Source: Methanotrichaceae archaeon (GTDB taxonomy: Archaea; Halobacteriota; Methanosarcinia; Methanotrichales; Methanotrichaceae). Taken from it: a DNA stretch of 64,000 bases. A model generated the notes under the pieces. It was not told the DNA's origin. It worked only from the letters and a program-made list of their open reading frames with translations, and ran no database searches. Of the stretch, positions 10,868-19,587 are shown in pieces. The translations under genes were made by a program, and so were the position numbers. Every line of letters starts with the position of its first letter. Position 1 is the first letter of the stretch. Location: positions 384,001 to 448,000 of the forward strand of contig CAWEXU010000030.1 in assembly GCA_963813075.1 (NCBI GenBank), in the 5' to 3' direction.

Positions 10868-10978
10868 TCGGGGGCCAGAGGGCGATGGGAGTGCAAAGGT
10901 TCTTATTCAACACAGCCAAACATATCTGAATGGAGGCGTGATCAGTTGGTTTGCTCAGATAACCTGGAGGTCAAAAAT

Positions 10979-11125
10979 ATGATGTCACCTGTCGTTAATG
11001 CTGTAAAGGCTAACTCTGAGACAGGCAAAGAGTTCATCGAGGGCATCAGAGAGGGCCTGGAGGATTTTGCTGAGGGCCGCTGTAAGGTCTTCAAGGATGC
11101 CGATGAGCATTGGCCTACCTGCTAA
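10979..11125 (+). CDS. Putative RelB-like antitoxin (~50 aa), copy 1, frameshift near C-terminus
   Basis: EFIEGIREGLEDFAEGRCKVFKDADE, GGAGGT SD; paralogous to 12440-12592 and 15259-15411; followed by a RelE-like remnant. Confidence 0.65.
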   Translation: MMSPVVNAVKANSETGKEFIEGIREGLEDFAEGRCKVFKDADEHWPTC

Positions 11126-11139
11126 AACCCTGATTTATC

Positions 11140-11439
11140 GAATTTTGATCCTTTAAGGCATCTAGGCCCCTCCTTCCAAGTCATTTTCATAAGCAATTCA
11201 AGAAGCTGACGAAAAAGGATCTGCTTGGGCAAAGGTTTGGGAAGACAGACCCAGAAACGATATGTGAAAATCCCGAAATAGGCGGACCCAAAAGCCACGG
11301 CTAGAAGGGCCTTCAGAGGCGACCTATGTCAGACCCTGTTGTGACCATTTACGGCGTACTTCGGCATATTTTGCCTACGTGTTTTGAACATAGTCAGATC
11401 ATCATACATAAAGGCGTATGCAATGTGCAGTGCATCTAA
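11140..11439 (+). pseudogene. Degenerate RelE/ParE-like toxin remnant
   Basis: Fragments in shifting frames (SHFHKQFKKLTKKD, ICENPEIG, DHH..KAY) resemble RelE; lies directly after the antitoxin. Confidence 0.5.
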
Positions 11440-11658
11440 TGAAATAGTCGAAAGCACATTAGACATTGAAGCTCCGAATTGGCCTGCTAGCTAACCACTC
11501 GCAACAGGTAGCGCGTTAGCCCCGAAGCGCCAGCTCGCGGCACCTATGAAGAAATCGAGATGAAATCAGTCGGCTGCTGTCACCTTAACTCGGTCTCTCT
11601 GCAACTGCGATGACATCTAGCTGATGGTCTATCTTTGACAGAGGTTACTCTGACGATT

Positions 11659-11737
11659 GGATTTCTGGCATCTTCCGCAGGGTTGCCCGCATGGCCGAGG
11701 GCGCGGGCGGGTCGCTCGCATGCACGCGGGGCTGCCA
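11659..11737 (+). repeat. GC-rich palindromic repeat R, copy 2
   Basis: GGATTTCTGGCATCTTCCGCAGGGTTGCCCGCATGGCCGAGGGCGCGGGCGGGTCGCTCGCATGCACGCGGGGCTGCCA. Confidence 0.88.
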
Positions 11738-11883
11738 TAACCCCGGGCCGGGGGACAAACTATGAGGACATGCCGGATCCGAAACGCATGAAAGGAGCTT
11801 CCAACTTACTGAAATGGCCAGGGCAAAAAACTGGTGGGATTTCTGGCGATAGGAATTGATGCCAAAAGATGAGTTGATCAGTC

Positions 11884-12126
11884 GTGTCGTTCTCTTTGAA
11901 GATGCTGCGCCCGGCCAAGAAAGAACTTGACAAGATGAATAAGACCCGGGCGCAAAAGATCTATAACCACATCGAGCAGCTTAAGAGAGAGCCATTTCGA
12001 CCAAGCCCAGGGATGAACATTGATAAAGTGGCAGGCAAACAGAAGCATCCAGCCTACCGCTTGAAGATCGGACGAATTCGGGTTGAGTATTTCGTAGTAA
12101 GAGGATATACAAGAGGAGACCAATAA
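11884..12126 (+). pseudogene. RelE-family toxin, copy lacking 59 nt at the 3' end
   Basis: Near-identical to 14645-14920 up to RVEYFV, then the segment encoding DGQVIVIFNIFMKKRKSDYR is missing. Confidence 0.8.
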
Positions 12127-12130
12127 TATT

Positions 12131-12325
12131 ATGATGGCCAGCAGCAAGACCAGATTACCTAAAGACGAATCTCTATCCGAGAGGGATTTCGAAGGCGTGA
12201 TATCCGAAGGCGAAGAGACCGAGTGCGCAGATAAGATTTGGGAGTATTATGAGAGGCATTTGGATGAGCTTGAGGACCTGGATGAATACGCCAAGAAACG
12301 CGGTCTTGTGAAACACGCAATTTAG
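12131..12325 (+). CDS. Small acidic protein, putative antitoxin downstream of relE
   Basis: 64 aa, acidic, AGGAG SD, duplicated at 14951-15145. Confidence 0.6.
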   Translation: MMASSKTRLPKDESLSERDFEGVISEGEETECADKIWEYYERHLDELEDLDEYAKKRGLVKHAI

Positions 12326-12439
12326 AAATCTCGTAATTTTAGTAATCAAAGAAAATTTTGGAATTCCTTCCTTGGAGACGAGCGCTAATAAGGGCATGAT
12401 CAGTCGGTTTGCTCAGACTAGCCGGAGGTCAAGGATCTG

Positions 12440-12592
12440 ATGACTCCAGTGGTCGAGCCAGCAAAGGCTGACTCTGAGGCAGGTAAGGAGTTCATCGAAG
12501 GGATCCGAGAGGGCCTGGTGGACTTTGCTGAGGGCCGCTTTATGGTCTTCAAGGATGCAGATGAGCTATTGGCCTGTTTGTTGAGCCATTGA
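12440..12592 (+). CDS. Putative RelB-like antitoxin (50 aa), copy 2
   Basis: MTPVVEPAKADSEAGKEFIEGIREGLVDFAEGRFMVFKDADELLACLLSH; below the ORF-track cutoff; GGAGGT SD. Confidence 0.65.
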   Translation: MTPVVEPAKADSEAGKEFIEGIREGLVDFAEGRFMVFKDADELLACLLSH

Positions 12593-12654
12593 TATTTCCT
12601 ATTTTGCTCCCTCGGATCTTCTGTAAGTTTTATCGGTAATAGCTCTTCGAGGTT

Positions 12655-12728
12655 GGCTTTTGGGCATTCTTCTCCAGCTTGCCCGCAGGCGCGCGCGGGC
12701 GAGCGCTCGCATGCATGCGGGGCAGGCA
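12655..12728 (+). repeat. GC-rich palindromic repeat R, copy 3 (followed by G-rich tail to ~12815 and a degenerate 5' half at 12838-12870)
   Basis: GGCTTTTGGGCATTCTTC..TTGCCCGCAGGCGCGCGCGGGCGAGCGCTCGCATGCATGCGGGGCAGGCA. Confidence 0.85.
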
Positions 12729-12934
12729 CTGGGGGGCCGGGAGGGCGAATGGACGGGGAAGGGGGCTGGGCCTGGGATCTGTGGCCGGGCGGCAGTGGGA
12801 TGCGGGATGCAGGGGGTAGGAGCGCCAGTGCTCCTATGCCTTCGGGCCTTCCCAGGGTCGCAAGGGCATGAAGGAAATTAGCTCACAGATTCTCATCGAC
12901 AGTTTCATATACAAAAATTGTAAACATAAGTATC

Positions 12935-13162
12935 ATGTCAACTAATGTTTACAGCATCCGGATAGATGATCGTGTTCGCCGGATGATGGATGAGATGAAT
13001 GACGTCAACTGGCAGGTCGAGATCAGACAGTCAGTGGAGAGGATGGTCCGGGAGAAGAAGAAGCAGAAGCTATTGGCGGAGGCAAAAGAGCTATGGGAGG
13101 ACCAGATTCCTAATAAAATTGGGGCGGCAGAGATGATCAGGGAGGATCGAGATGCCAGATAA
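12935..13162 (+). CDS. vapB: VapB-type (RHH) antitoxin
   Basis: YSIRID..VNW..EIR and C-terminal AAEMIREDRD typical of archaeal VapB; overlaps vapC. Confidence 0.85.
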   Translation: MSTNVYSIRIDDRVRRMMDEMNDVNWQVEIRQSVERMVREKKKQKLLAEAKELWEDQIPNKIGAAEMIREDRDAR

Positions 13163-13562
13163 GGTGGTCCTTGATTCAAGTGTAATCGCTGCTATGTTCT
13201 TTAGAGAAGATGCTTCAACGCGGGCATTAGAAGCAGCTGCAAAATCCGACTTGATCACCCTGGATCTTGCTATTGCTGAGGTTGGGAATGTGGCCTGGAA
13301 GCAAGTCGCCTTCTGTGGTGGGGATAAAGACCTGACATTAGCGGCCTATAAGAAATGCCAGAGTTTCATCTCAGAGGCGTGTGAACTCATCCGGGCTGAG
13401 GATCTGACCATGGAGGCATACAATATCTCTTTTGAGACCGGGACTGCTTTCTACGATTCGCTCTTCCTGGCAGCCGCAGAGGCAAGGCAAGTGCCACTCT
13501 TGACTCTGGACAGAAAGCTGTATGAGAAGGCCAAGCCAACCCGGAATGTGCAGCTGATTTAG
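13152..13562 (+). CDS. vapC: VapC PIN-domain toxin
   Basis: VVLDSS, EVGN, YDSLFLA and LLTLD acidic PIN motifs. Confidence 0.92.
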   Translation: MPDKVVLDSSVIAAMFFREDASTRALEAAAKSDLITLDLAIAEVGNVAWKQVAFCGGDKDLTLAAYKKCQSFISEACELIRAEDLTMEAYNISFETGTAFYDSLFLAAAEARQVPLLTLDRKLYEKAKPTRNVQLI

Positions 13563-13743
13563 GAGGCAGAACTGCAGAGTTGCTTCTCTGCAAATTGTTC
13601 AAGGATGCCGGAGTCACCGCGGCCTTTGAACAGACCAAATCGTGAGCGGGCTGTGGAGCTAGCAACTCCTGGCACCCGGACTGCTCTATATTGAGGGGTG
13701 ACAGACGATGCGTGGGCGATTATCCTTCCATGCAGGCGCCTTT

Positions 13744-13782
13744 GCGCGCGCGGGCGGGCGCTCGCATGCACGCAGGGCTGCC
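13744..13782 (+). repeat. GC-rich palindromic repeat R, copy 4 (3' half clear, 5' half degenerate from ~13712)
   Basis: GCGCGCGCGGGCGGGCGCTCGCATGCACGCAGGGCTGCC. Confidence 0.85.
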
Positions 13783-13854
13783 TCGGGGGGGCAGGGCATC
13801 AATTCTAATTCAGAAGGACGTGAATACGACATTGTAGTAGGGCGAAATTCCGCT

Positions 13855-14067
13855 TTAATGCGATGGGCGTTCTTTCTTCGCCCGATCGAAGATCTCTTCA
13901 ATGCTCTGCCCTTCGTATAGCCTTCTGGAGATCTCGACATAGTCGGTGGGCTCACGGTGAAACATACCCAGAAACTTATGTGCTCTGGCCGGCCCAAGGG
14001 CTCGGTAGAGGGCGTCAAGGCCCCTTGCCCTTATCTCAGCGTCGTCCATTTCGCCTACTTCGGACAT
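13855..14067 (-). CDS. 70-aa protein resembling antitoxin-like partners of PIN toxins (orphan here)
   Basis: EIRARGLDALYRALGP..KFL..DY..SIEEI pattern; TTTTATA box and GAGGT SD upstream; partial second copy at ~19952-20156. Confidence 0.65.
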   Translation of the reverse strand: MSEVGEMDDAEIRARGLDALYRALGPARAHKFLGMFHREPTDYVEISRRLYEGQSIEEIFDRAKKERPSH

Positions 14068-14644
14068 TATTTTACCTCACGTCCGATATAGTGTAGTCCG
14101 CCTCAATATAAAAGGCAGACGCAAGGTGCAGTGCATCCTTTGAGGAATGCTGCTAATTGGAAAGCCCGTAGCCTAGACAGATCTCATACGTGATGGATGA
14201 CTCTCGATTGGTTTGACATTATCGACTCGACCATTTATGGAAAAGTCGTGGCTGCATCCAGACATTGGAACTCCTGATTAGTCTGCGCGTAAGCCCCGTA
14301 GCGCCGACTCGCGGCACCCTGGAAGAAAGAGTGGAGATCTAGTCCTCGCCTGAATCGGACGAGTCACATCTGCAGTTGAACGACGTTAGCATATCTTTTG
14401 TTTAGCACAGAAGATCTAACAACGTTTTCGGAGTCCCGCGCGGTTAAACGCGCTGGGGTGACGGGGCCCACTCCAGGCCGTGGCGGCCCCCCTAACCCCG
14501 CGTCCGCGGGGAACAAATTATGAGGACATGCCCTCGATCCCTAAACGCATGAAAGGAGCTTCCAATTACTGAAATGGGCCAGGGCAAAAAACTGGTGGGA
14601 TTTCTGGCGATAGAAATTAATGCTAAAAGATGAGTTGATAAATC

Positions 14645-14920
14645 GTGTCGTTCTCTTTGAAGATGCTGCGCCCGGCCAAGAAAGAACTTGACAAGATGAA
14701 TAAAGAGCAGGCGCAAAAAATCTATAACCACATCGAGCAGCTCAAGAGAGAGCCATTTCGACCAAGCCCAGGGATGAACATTGATAAAGTGGCAGGCAAA
14801 CAGAAGCCTCCAGCCTACCGCTTGAAGATCGGACGAATTCGGGTTGAGTATTTCGTAGATGGGCAAGTGATCGTGATTTTTAATATCTTCATGAAGAAAC
14901 GGAAATCTGATTACAGATAA
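14645..14920 (+). CDS. relE: RelE/ParE-family toxin (intact)
   Basis: AKKELDKM..KIYNHIEQL..P..YRLKIGRIRVEY..IF..KRKSDY. Confidence 0.85.
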   Translation: MSFSLKMLRPAKKELDKMNKEQAQKIYNHIEQLKREPFRPSPGMNIDKVAGKQKPPAYRLKIGRIRVEYFVDGQVIVIFNIFMKKRKSDYR

Positions 14921-14950
14921 GAGGATATACAAGAGGAGACCAATAATATT

Positions 14951-15145
14951 ATGATGGCCGGCAGCAAGACCAGATTACCTAAAGACGAATCTCTATCTGA
15001 GAGGGATTTCGAAGGCGTGATATCCGAAGGCGAAGAGACCGAGTGCGCGGATAAGATTTGGGAGTATTATGAGAGGCATATGGACGAGCTTGAGGACCTG
15101 GATGAATACGCCAAGAAACGCGGTCTTGTGAAACAGGCAATTTAG
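14951..15145 (+). CDS. Small acidic protein, putative antitoxin downstream of relE
   Basis: Duplicate of 12131-12325. Confidence 0.6.
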   Translation: MMAGSKTRLPKDESLSERDFEGVISEGEETECADKIWEYYERHMDELEDLDEYAKKRGLVKQAI

Positions 15146-15258
15146 AAATCTCGTAATTTTAGTAATCCAAGAAAATTTTGGAAATCCCTTCCTGGAGACG
15201 AGCGCTAATAGGGGCATAATCAGTCGGTTTGCTTAGACAACCGGAGGTCAAGGATCTG

Positions 15259-15411
15259 ATGTCATCTGTCGTCAAGCCAGCAAAAGTTGACTCTGAGGCA
15301 GTTAAGGAGTTCATCGAGGGCATCCGAGAGGGCCTGGAGGACTTTGCTGAGGGCCGCTGTGTGGTCTTCAAGGATGCCGATGAGCTATTGGCCTGTTTGT
15401 TGAGCCATTGA
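15259..15411 (+). CDS. Putative RelB-like antitoxin (50 aa), copy 3
   Basis: MSSVVKPAKVDSEAVKEFIEGIREGLEDFAEGRCVVFKDADELLACLLSH. Confidence 0.65.
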   Translation: MSSVVKPAKVDSEAVKEFIEGIREGLEDFAEGRCVVFKDADELLACLLSH

Positions 15412-15473
15412 TATTTCCTATTTTGCTCCCTCGGATCTTCTGTAAGGTCTATCGGTAATAGCTCTTCGAGGTT

Positions 15474-15551
15474 GGCTTTTGGGCATTCTCCTCCAGCTTG
15501 CCCGCATGGCTGTGCGCGCGGGCGGGCGCTCACATGCACGCGGGGCAGCCA
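15474..15551 (+). repeat. GC-rich palindromic repeat R, copy 5
   Basis: GGCTTTTGGGCATTCTCC..TTGCCCGCATGGCTGTGCGCGCGGGCGGGCGCTCACATGCACGCGGGGCAGCCA. Confidence 0.88.
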
Positions 15552-15752
15552 CTCAGAGAGTCGGGAGGGCGAAAGAGGGGGAGGAGAGCCATGTGGTCTG
15601 TGGCCGGGTGGCAGTGGGATGCGCAGATAGAGGGGGCGGTGCAGATGTGGGCGGAGGCTGGCGAGTTTGGCAATGGGATGGTACCTGAGCAGTTGCAGAC
15701 AGGGCATCGGTTTCGATTCGAGATTCCCAAATTCCATGCTTTCACCATAAAG

Positions 15753-16892
15753 CTAAACTACTGTCCTAATTTTCTCTATCGCCCAGTTAAATACGAGCAA
15801 GAACTTCTCCAGAGCCTCTCCATTCAGTGTCGATAATGGAATAGACGGGCCTTTGTCGACGGCGTCAATCGAAAGATTGATTCCTGGGATTTCATTTAAC
15901 CTATTGAGCAATTCTTTGCGCAAATCCTCGCTATCAAATGGCGGTTTAGTTTTGAGGTAATAGAAATAAGTCTCGATTCCTCCTGTTGTCCAGACTGCAA
16001 AAAGATAGTGCGATGCACCCTTGCTCTCTATAATAGGAGTAAAGGAGCCTCGTGTCTTACCATTGCCCCACCATATCCTATCTGTATTTTGCTTCGCCCA
16101 GGCGAGAATTTTTTTTGCCGATTCGATTCCATCGGAGTTAGATCTGGATGCAAGCTCCTGGAAAAATGATGGCTCATCCCATTTGCCAACATTAGAAAGA
16201 GATTTCCTTGCGTTTGCCACAGCAGTCTGGCCTATTACTCTCGGAACCAATGTTTTTGATTTTTCCCCACTATACTGTCTAACCTCTACAGCCAGAACCT
16301 CTGCCGGATTCATCTGTCCATTTAGGAATTCGACGATCTGTTGAAGCTCTTTTGGTATCTCATCTGCCACAAAGAGAAGCCTTATGTGGCCCGCCTGCAG
16401 ATTGATCTTAACCTGGCTCCAAAATTTGTCTACAGGATCTATGTCTTCTGGAGTTGCTTTGATCAGGCTTAAGATCATCTTATTTGGATCTTCTCCAGCT
16501 TCATTGGCCGAAGCTTCAAACACAGCACGGATCGACTCCACAGGCCAATGAGCGACGCAATTGGCTGCATAATCCAGCATCTGCCCGACAACCTTGCGTC
16601 TGGTGTCGTTATTATTGCTCTGCTTCACCTCGACTAATGTAGGTACTGCATCTTGGTCCAGGAATAAGTGATCCAGATACCATCTATCCGATCCGCCATC
16701 GTCTTCTGGCACCCCCATTTCCCTGGACACATGAAGCCATCGTCTGGGATTAGCTTCATCGATTTGATCCCCCGCCAGCAATTCAGGATGCTTTTCCAAG
16801 AGGGACTGAAGGATGTATTCACTCTTGTAGGGTTCCTTATCCATCGATTCAAGTCTGCCATCATCCGATAGTGAATATATTTTATCAGCCGT
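15753..16892 (-). CDS. NucS/restriction-endonuclease-like PD-(D/E)xK protein with C-terminal accessory domain
   Basis: E..LQ.LL, RE, LDHLFLDQD..LVEVK and VVGQMLDYAA motifs. Protein-like sequence begins at ACG-GCT-GAT (16892); start uncertain. Confidence 0.7.
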   Translation of the reverse strand, partial: TADKIYSLSDDGRLESMDKEPYKSEYILQSLLEKHPELLAGDQIDEANPRRWLHVSREMGVPEDDGGSDRWYLDHLFLDQDAVPTLVEVKQSNNNDTRRKVVGQMLDYAANCVAHWPVESIRAVFEASANEAGEDPNKMILSLIKATPEDIDPVDKFWSQVKINLQAGHIRLLFVADEIPKELQQIVEFLNGQMNPAEVLAVEVRQYSGEKSKTLVPRVIGQTAVANARKSLSNVGKWDEPSFFQELASRSNSDGIESAKKILAWAKQNTDRIWWGNGKTRGSFTPIIESKGASHYLFAVWTTGGIETYFYYLKTKPPFDSEDLRKELLNRLNEIPGINLSIDAVDKGPSIPLSTLNGEALEKFLLVFNWAIEKIRTVV

Positions 16893-17017
16893 GTCGCATC
16901 CCCGCCTGTATTGCCCGCAGCAATAAAAGGTTAGCTTGGCATTACTTGAATCTGTTGGGAGAGCCAATAGCTCCAACGTACTTACGCAAGTTATTCGCTC
17001 ATCTTACGAAGTGAGAC

Positions 17018-17137
17018 AGCGGCAGCCCACCCCAAAGGATGAGGTATGCTTCAGGCCGTGCTTCGGTTAGACGGAATCCAGAAACAATCGGGATCGTAGG
17101 TCCACTGGATTTAAAGACCAGATAAAATTGTGAATCT
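17018..17137. other. Structured non-coding element, copy A (homologous to reverse complement of 31759-31892)
   Basis: 29/38 ungapped identity in the core (17021-17058 vs 31886-31849) plus two further collinear stem-loops. Confidence 0.6.
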
Positions 17138-17354
17138 GTATCGTATTGCGAGGAGGACCTGTTAATAACCTTAAGAAAACATGAAAACAGGGCGAGGGTC
17201 GGTTTCCGCTACGGAATATTCCTGCAAATTTTTACAGCAAATCGTCACGCTACCGGAAAATTAGAGCGAAAGAGTAAAAACATTGATGTATTCGTTATGG
17301 GGACCATCAACTTTAAGTTAATCGGAATCCTCCTATGGGAATGGAGGGAATCGA

Positions 17355-17543
17355 GTGGAACGACAACATGTAATTTCCAGTAATATAAAATCAGTAGGAT
17401 ATGATCAAATTTCAAATATTTTAGAAATAGAGTTCGATAATGGGCGTACATATCAATATTTTGATGTGCCCAATCAAATTTATTTGTCCTTAATCGAAGC
17501 AGCTTCAAAAGGAGAATATTTTCATAATATTATAGAAATCTAG
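17355..17543 (+). CDS. KTSC domain protein
   Basis: SSNIKSVGYD..LEIEF.NG..YQY.DVP..Y..L..A.SKG.YF is the KTSC consensus. Confidence 0.92.
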   Translation: MERQHVISSNIKSVGYDQISNILEIEFDNGRTYQYFDVPNQIYLSLIEAASKGEYFHNIIEI

Positions 17544-17581
17544 ATTTGAATTCAAGCAATTCTTTAAAGGAGGATTGAGTA

Positions 17582-19587
17582 TTGATAATAGAATCTATTT
17601 ATATAAAAAATTACAGATCTGTTTTGGAAGAGACACTTTATTTCGATAATTTAACTGCACTAGTCGGCGCCAATGGCTCTGGAAAGTCTTCTTTCTTACA
17701 TGCCTTAGAGTTGTTCTATGGCCAATCGCCAAAAGTTGAGAGTGAAGATTTCTATAATGAGGATATAACAAAGGATATCATAATTGCCATAACATTCAAA
17801 GAGCTAAAAGAAGAAAAAGAAATATTTTCTAGATATATCCAAGATGATAGATTAAAGGTAGAACGGATCTTTGCTTGGAATAATGGAAAAGTAATAGCCA
17901 AATATCATGGATTTAGTCTCCAAAACCCTCGGTTCAAAGCATTGCGCGAAGCCTTTGAGATCAAGGATAGGGGCAAGAAAGCCAAAGAAGAATATGAATT
18001 CTTGCGTACAGATAGTGATTATATGGATCTGCCTCCTTGGTCATACTTAAAGACGGCTCAAGAGAATATAAAATCGTGGGAAGAAGAAAATCAAAAAAAA
18101 TGCGATCGCCATCGAGATGATGGCCAGTTCTTTGGATTTAATGAAGTCGGATTAGGTTATCTAGGAAAGTTTACTAAGTTCCTGTTTATCCCAGCTATAA
18201 GGGATGCATCTTCTGATTCGGTAGATGGAAAGGGTTCAGTAATTACGTATCTCATGGATTTAGTTGTCCGAAGTGTGTTGGCCCAAAAAGATGGTGTTAA
18301 AGAACTAAAAGAGGAAACACAAAGAAAATACCAAGAAATTATGGATCCGACTAAATTACCAGAGTTAAACCTATTAGCAGAGAGGATGACAGGAACCTTG
18401 AGAACTTTTGTTCCTGATGCCAAAGTGGAGCTCAAATGGCTTAGCTTAGAACAAATTGAAATACCTTCGCCAAAAGCGGAAGTTAAGTTAGTAGAAGACG
18501 GCTATCCTTCTGCCGTAGCAAGAACTGGACATGGCCTGCAGAGAGCATTCATTTTAACTATGCTGCAACATTTGGCACTGGCACAAACAGTCGAAAAGCA
18601 GTCCGAGACAGAAGCGAGTGAAGATAAATCTGAGATGGATAACAAATTACCCAATCTCGTTTTGGCCATAGAAGAGCCTGAGCTTTATCAGCATCCTAAT
18701 AGACAGCGACATTTTGCTAAGATATTAATGCAATTATCTTGCATGAAGATTCCAGGAGTAGCCGAAAGGACTCAAATTATATATGGAACTCATTCTCCAT
18801 TATTCGTAGGGATTGACCGGATTGAACAAATTAGGCTACTGAGAAAAATAGGCATTGCAGATGATAGGCCCAAAATTTCAAAGATATTTAGTACCGACTT
18901 AGACGAAGTAGGTAGAAGAGTTTCGGAGATAGAAGGTAAGCCAACAGCCGAAATGTATACGAAGCAGACGACATTGCCTCGGCTTAAGACCATCATGACT
19001 CCATGGATGAATGAAGGTTTTTTTGCAGATGTTGCGATCCTGGTCGAAGGAGAAGATGACCGAGCAGCCATATTAGGTATAGCCAAAGCAAAGGGCTATG
19101 ATCTTGAAGGTAATGGTTTCTCAGTGATTCCTTGCGGCGGCAAGACAAATATTAGTAGACCATATATTATTTTTAATAATTTAAATATTCCACTATATAT
19201 AATTTGGGATGGAGATTTCGGTAAAGGGGAAACGCAAGGCATATGCAAAGAATGTGGACGTCCACTGGACAAAAAGCCAGATCCAAAGGAAAACCATAAG
19301 CTTCTCAGATTAATGGGTAAGAAAGAAGAGGATTGGCCTGAATATATAGAAGAGAATTTTGCCAGCTTTAAAACAGAATTGGAGAGCACCTTGGAAGACT
19401 GAAATTGGTCATGAAGTTTTTGAGAAATGTCTCGGAAGATGCCAAGTTGAATTTTGTATTGCAAAACGAAAGCATGCAATAAAGATATCCAAGTGTAATC
19501 ACGACGATTTTGAAATATGCTAAAGATGAAGGCAACACCAGTAAGTCTCTGGATGAAATATTGGATAGGATCATGGCATTGAAATAG
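17582..19587 (+). CDS. OLD-family ATP-dependent nuclease (ABC ATPase + TOPRIM), frameshifts near 19398 and 19485
   Basis: IKNYRS, GANGSGKS, GHGLQR, IEEPELYQHP, THSP, LVEGEDD and WDGD motifs; C-terminus continues in other frames to TAG at 19587. Confidence 0.88.

Larger units (their letters stand above)
14492..15637. repeat. Dispersed duplicate of 11738-~12815 (relE - 64-aa ORF - 50-aa antitoxin - R - G-rich tail)
   Basis: High identity begins at TAACCCCG in both copies and runs through R3/R5. Confidence 0.95.

Noticed and set aside
11422..11460. Hammerhead ribozyme (CTAATGA...GAAA inside a 7-bp stem)
   Set aside because: The core is CUAAUGA not CUGAUGA, there is no stem II, and it is not conserved in the second copy.
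12816..12837. GTAG-type REP (GTAGGAGCGCCAGTGCTCCTAT)
   Set aside because: Single hairpin, no further copies and no RAYT gene seen.
11489..14449. Canonical attC sites (GCTAAC..GTTAGC at ~11490-11520; ATCTAAC..GTTAAAC at 14414-14449)
   Set aside because: The boxes are only about 20 bp apart, too short for attC, with no L boxes, and no intI is in the window.
9985..15551. R repeats as a CRISPR array
   Set aside because: Repeats are ~80 bp and degenerate, spacers are gene-sized, and no cas genes are present.
17582..19587. Gabija system
   Set aside because: No UvrD-like GajB next to the OLD/GajA-like gene.
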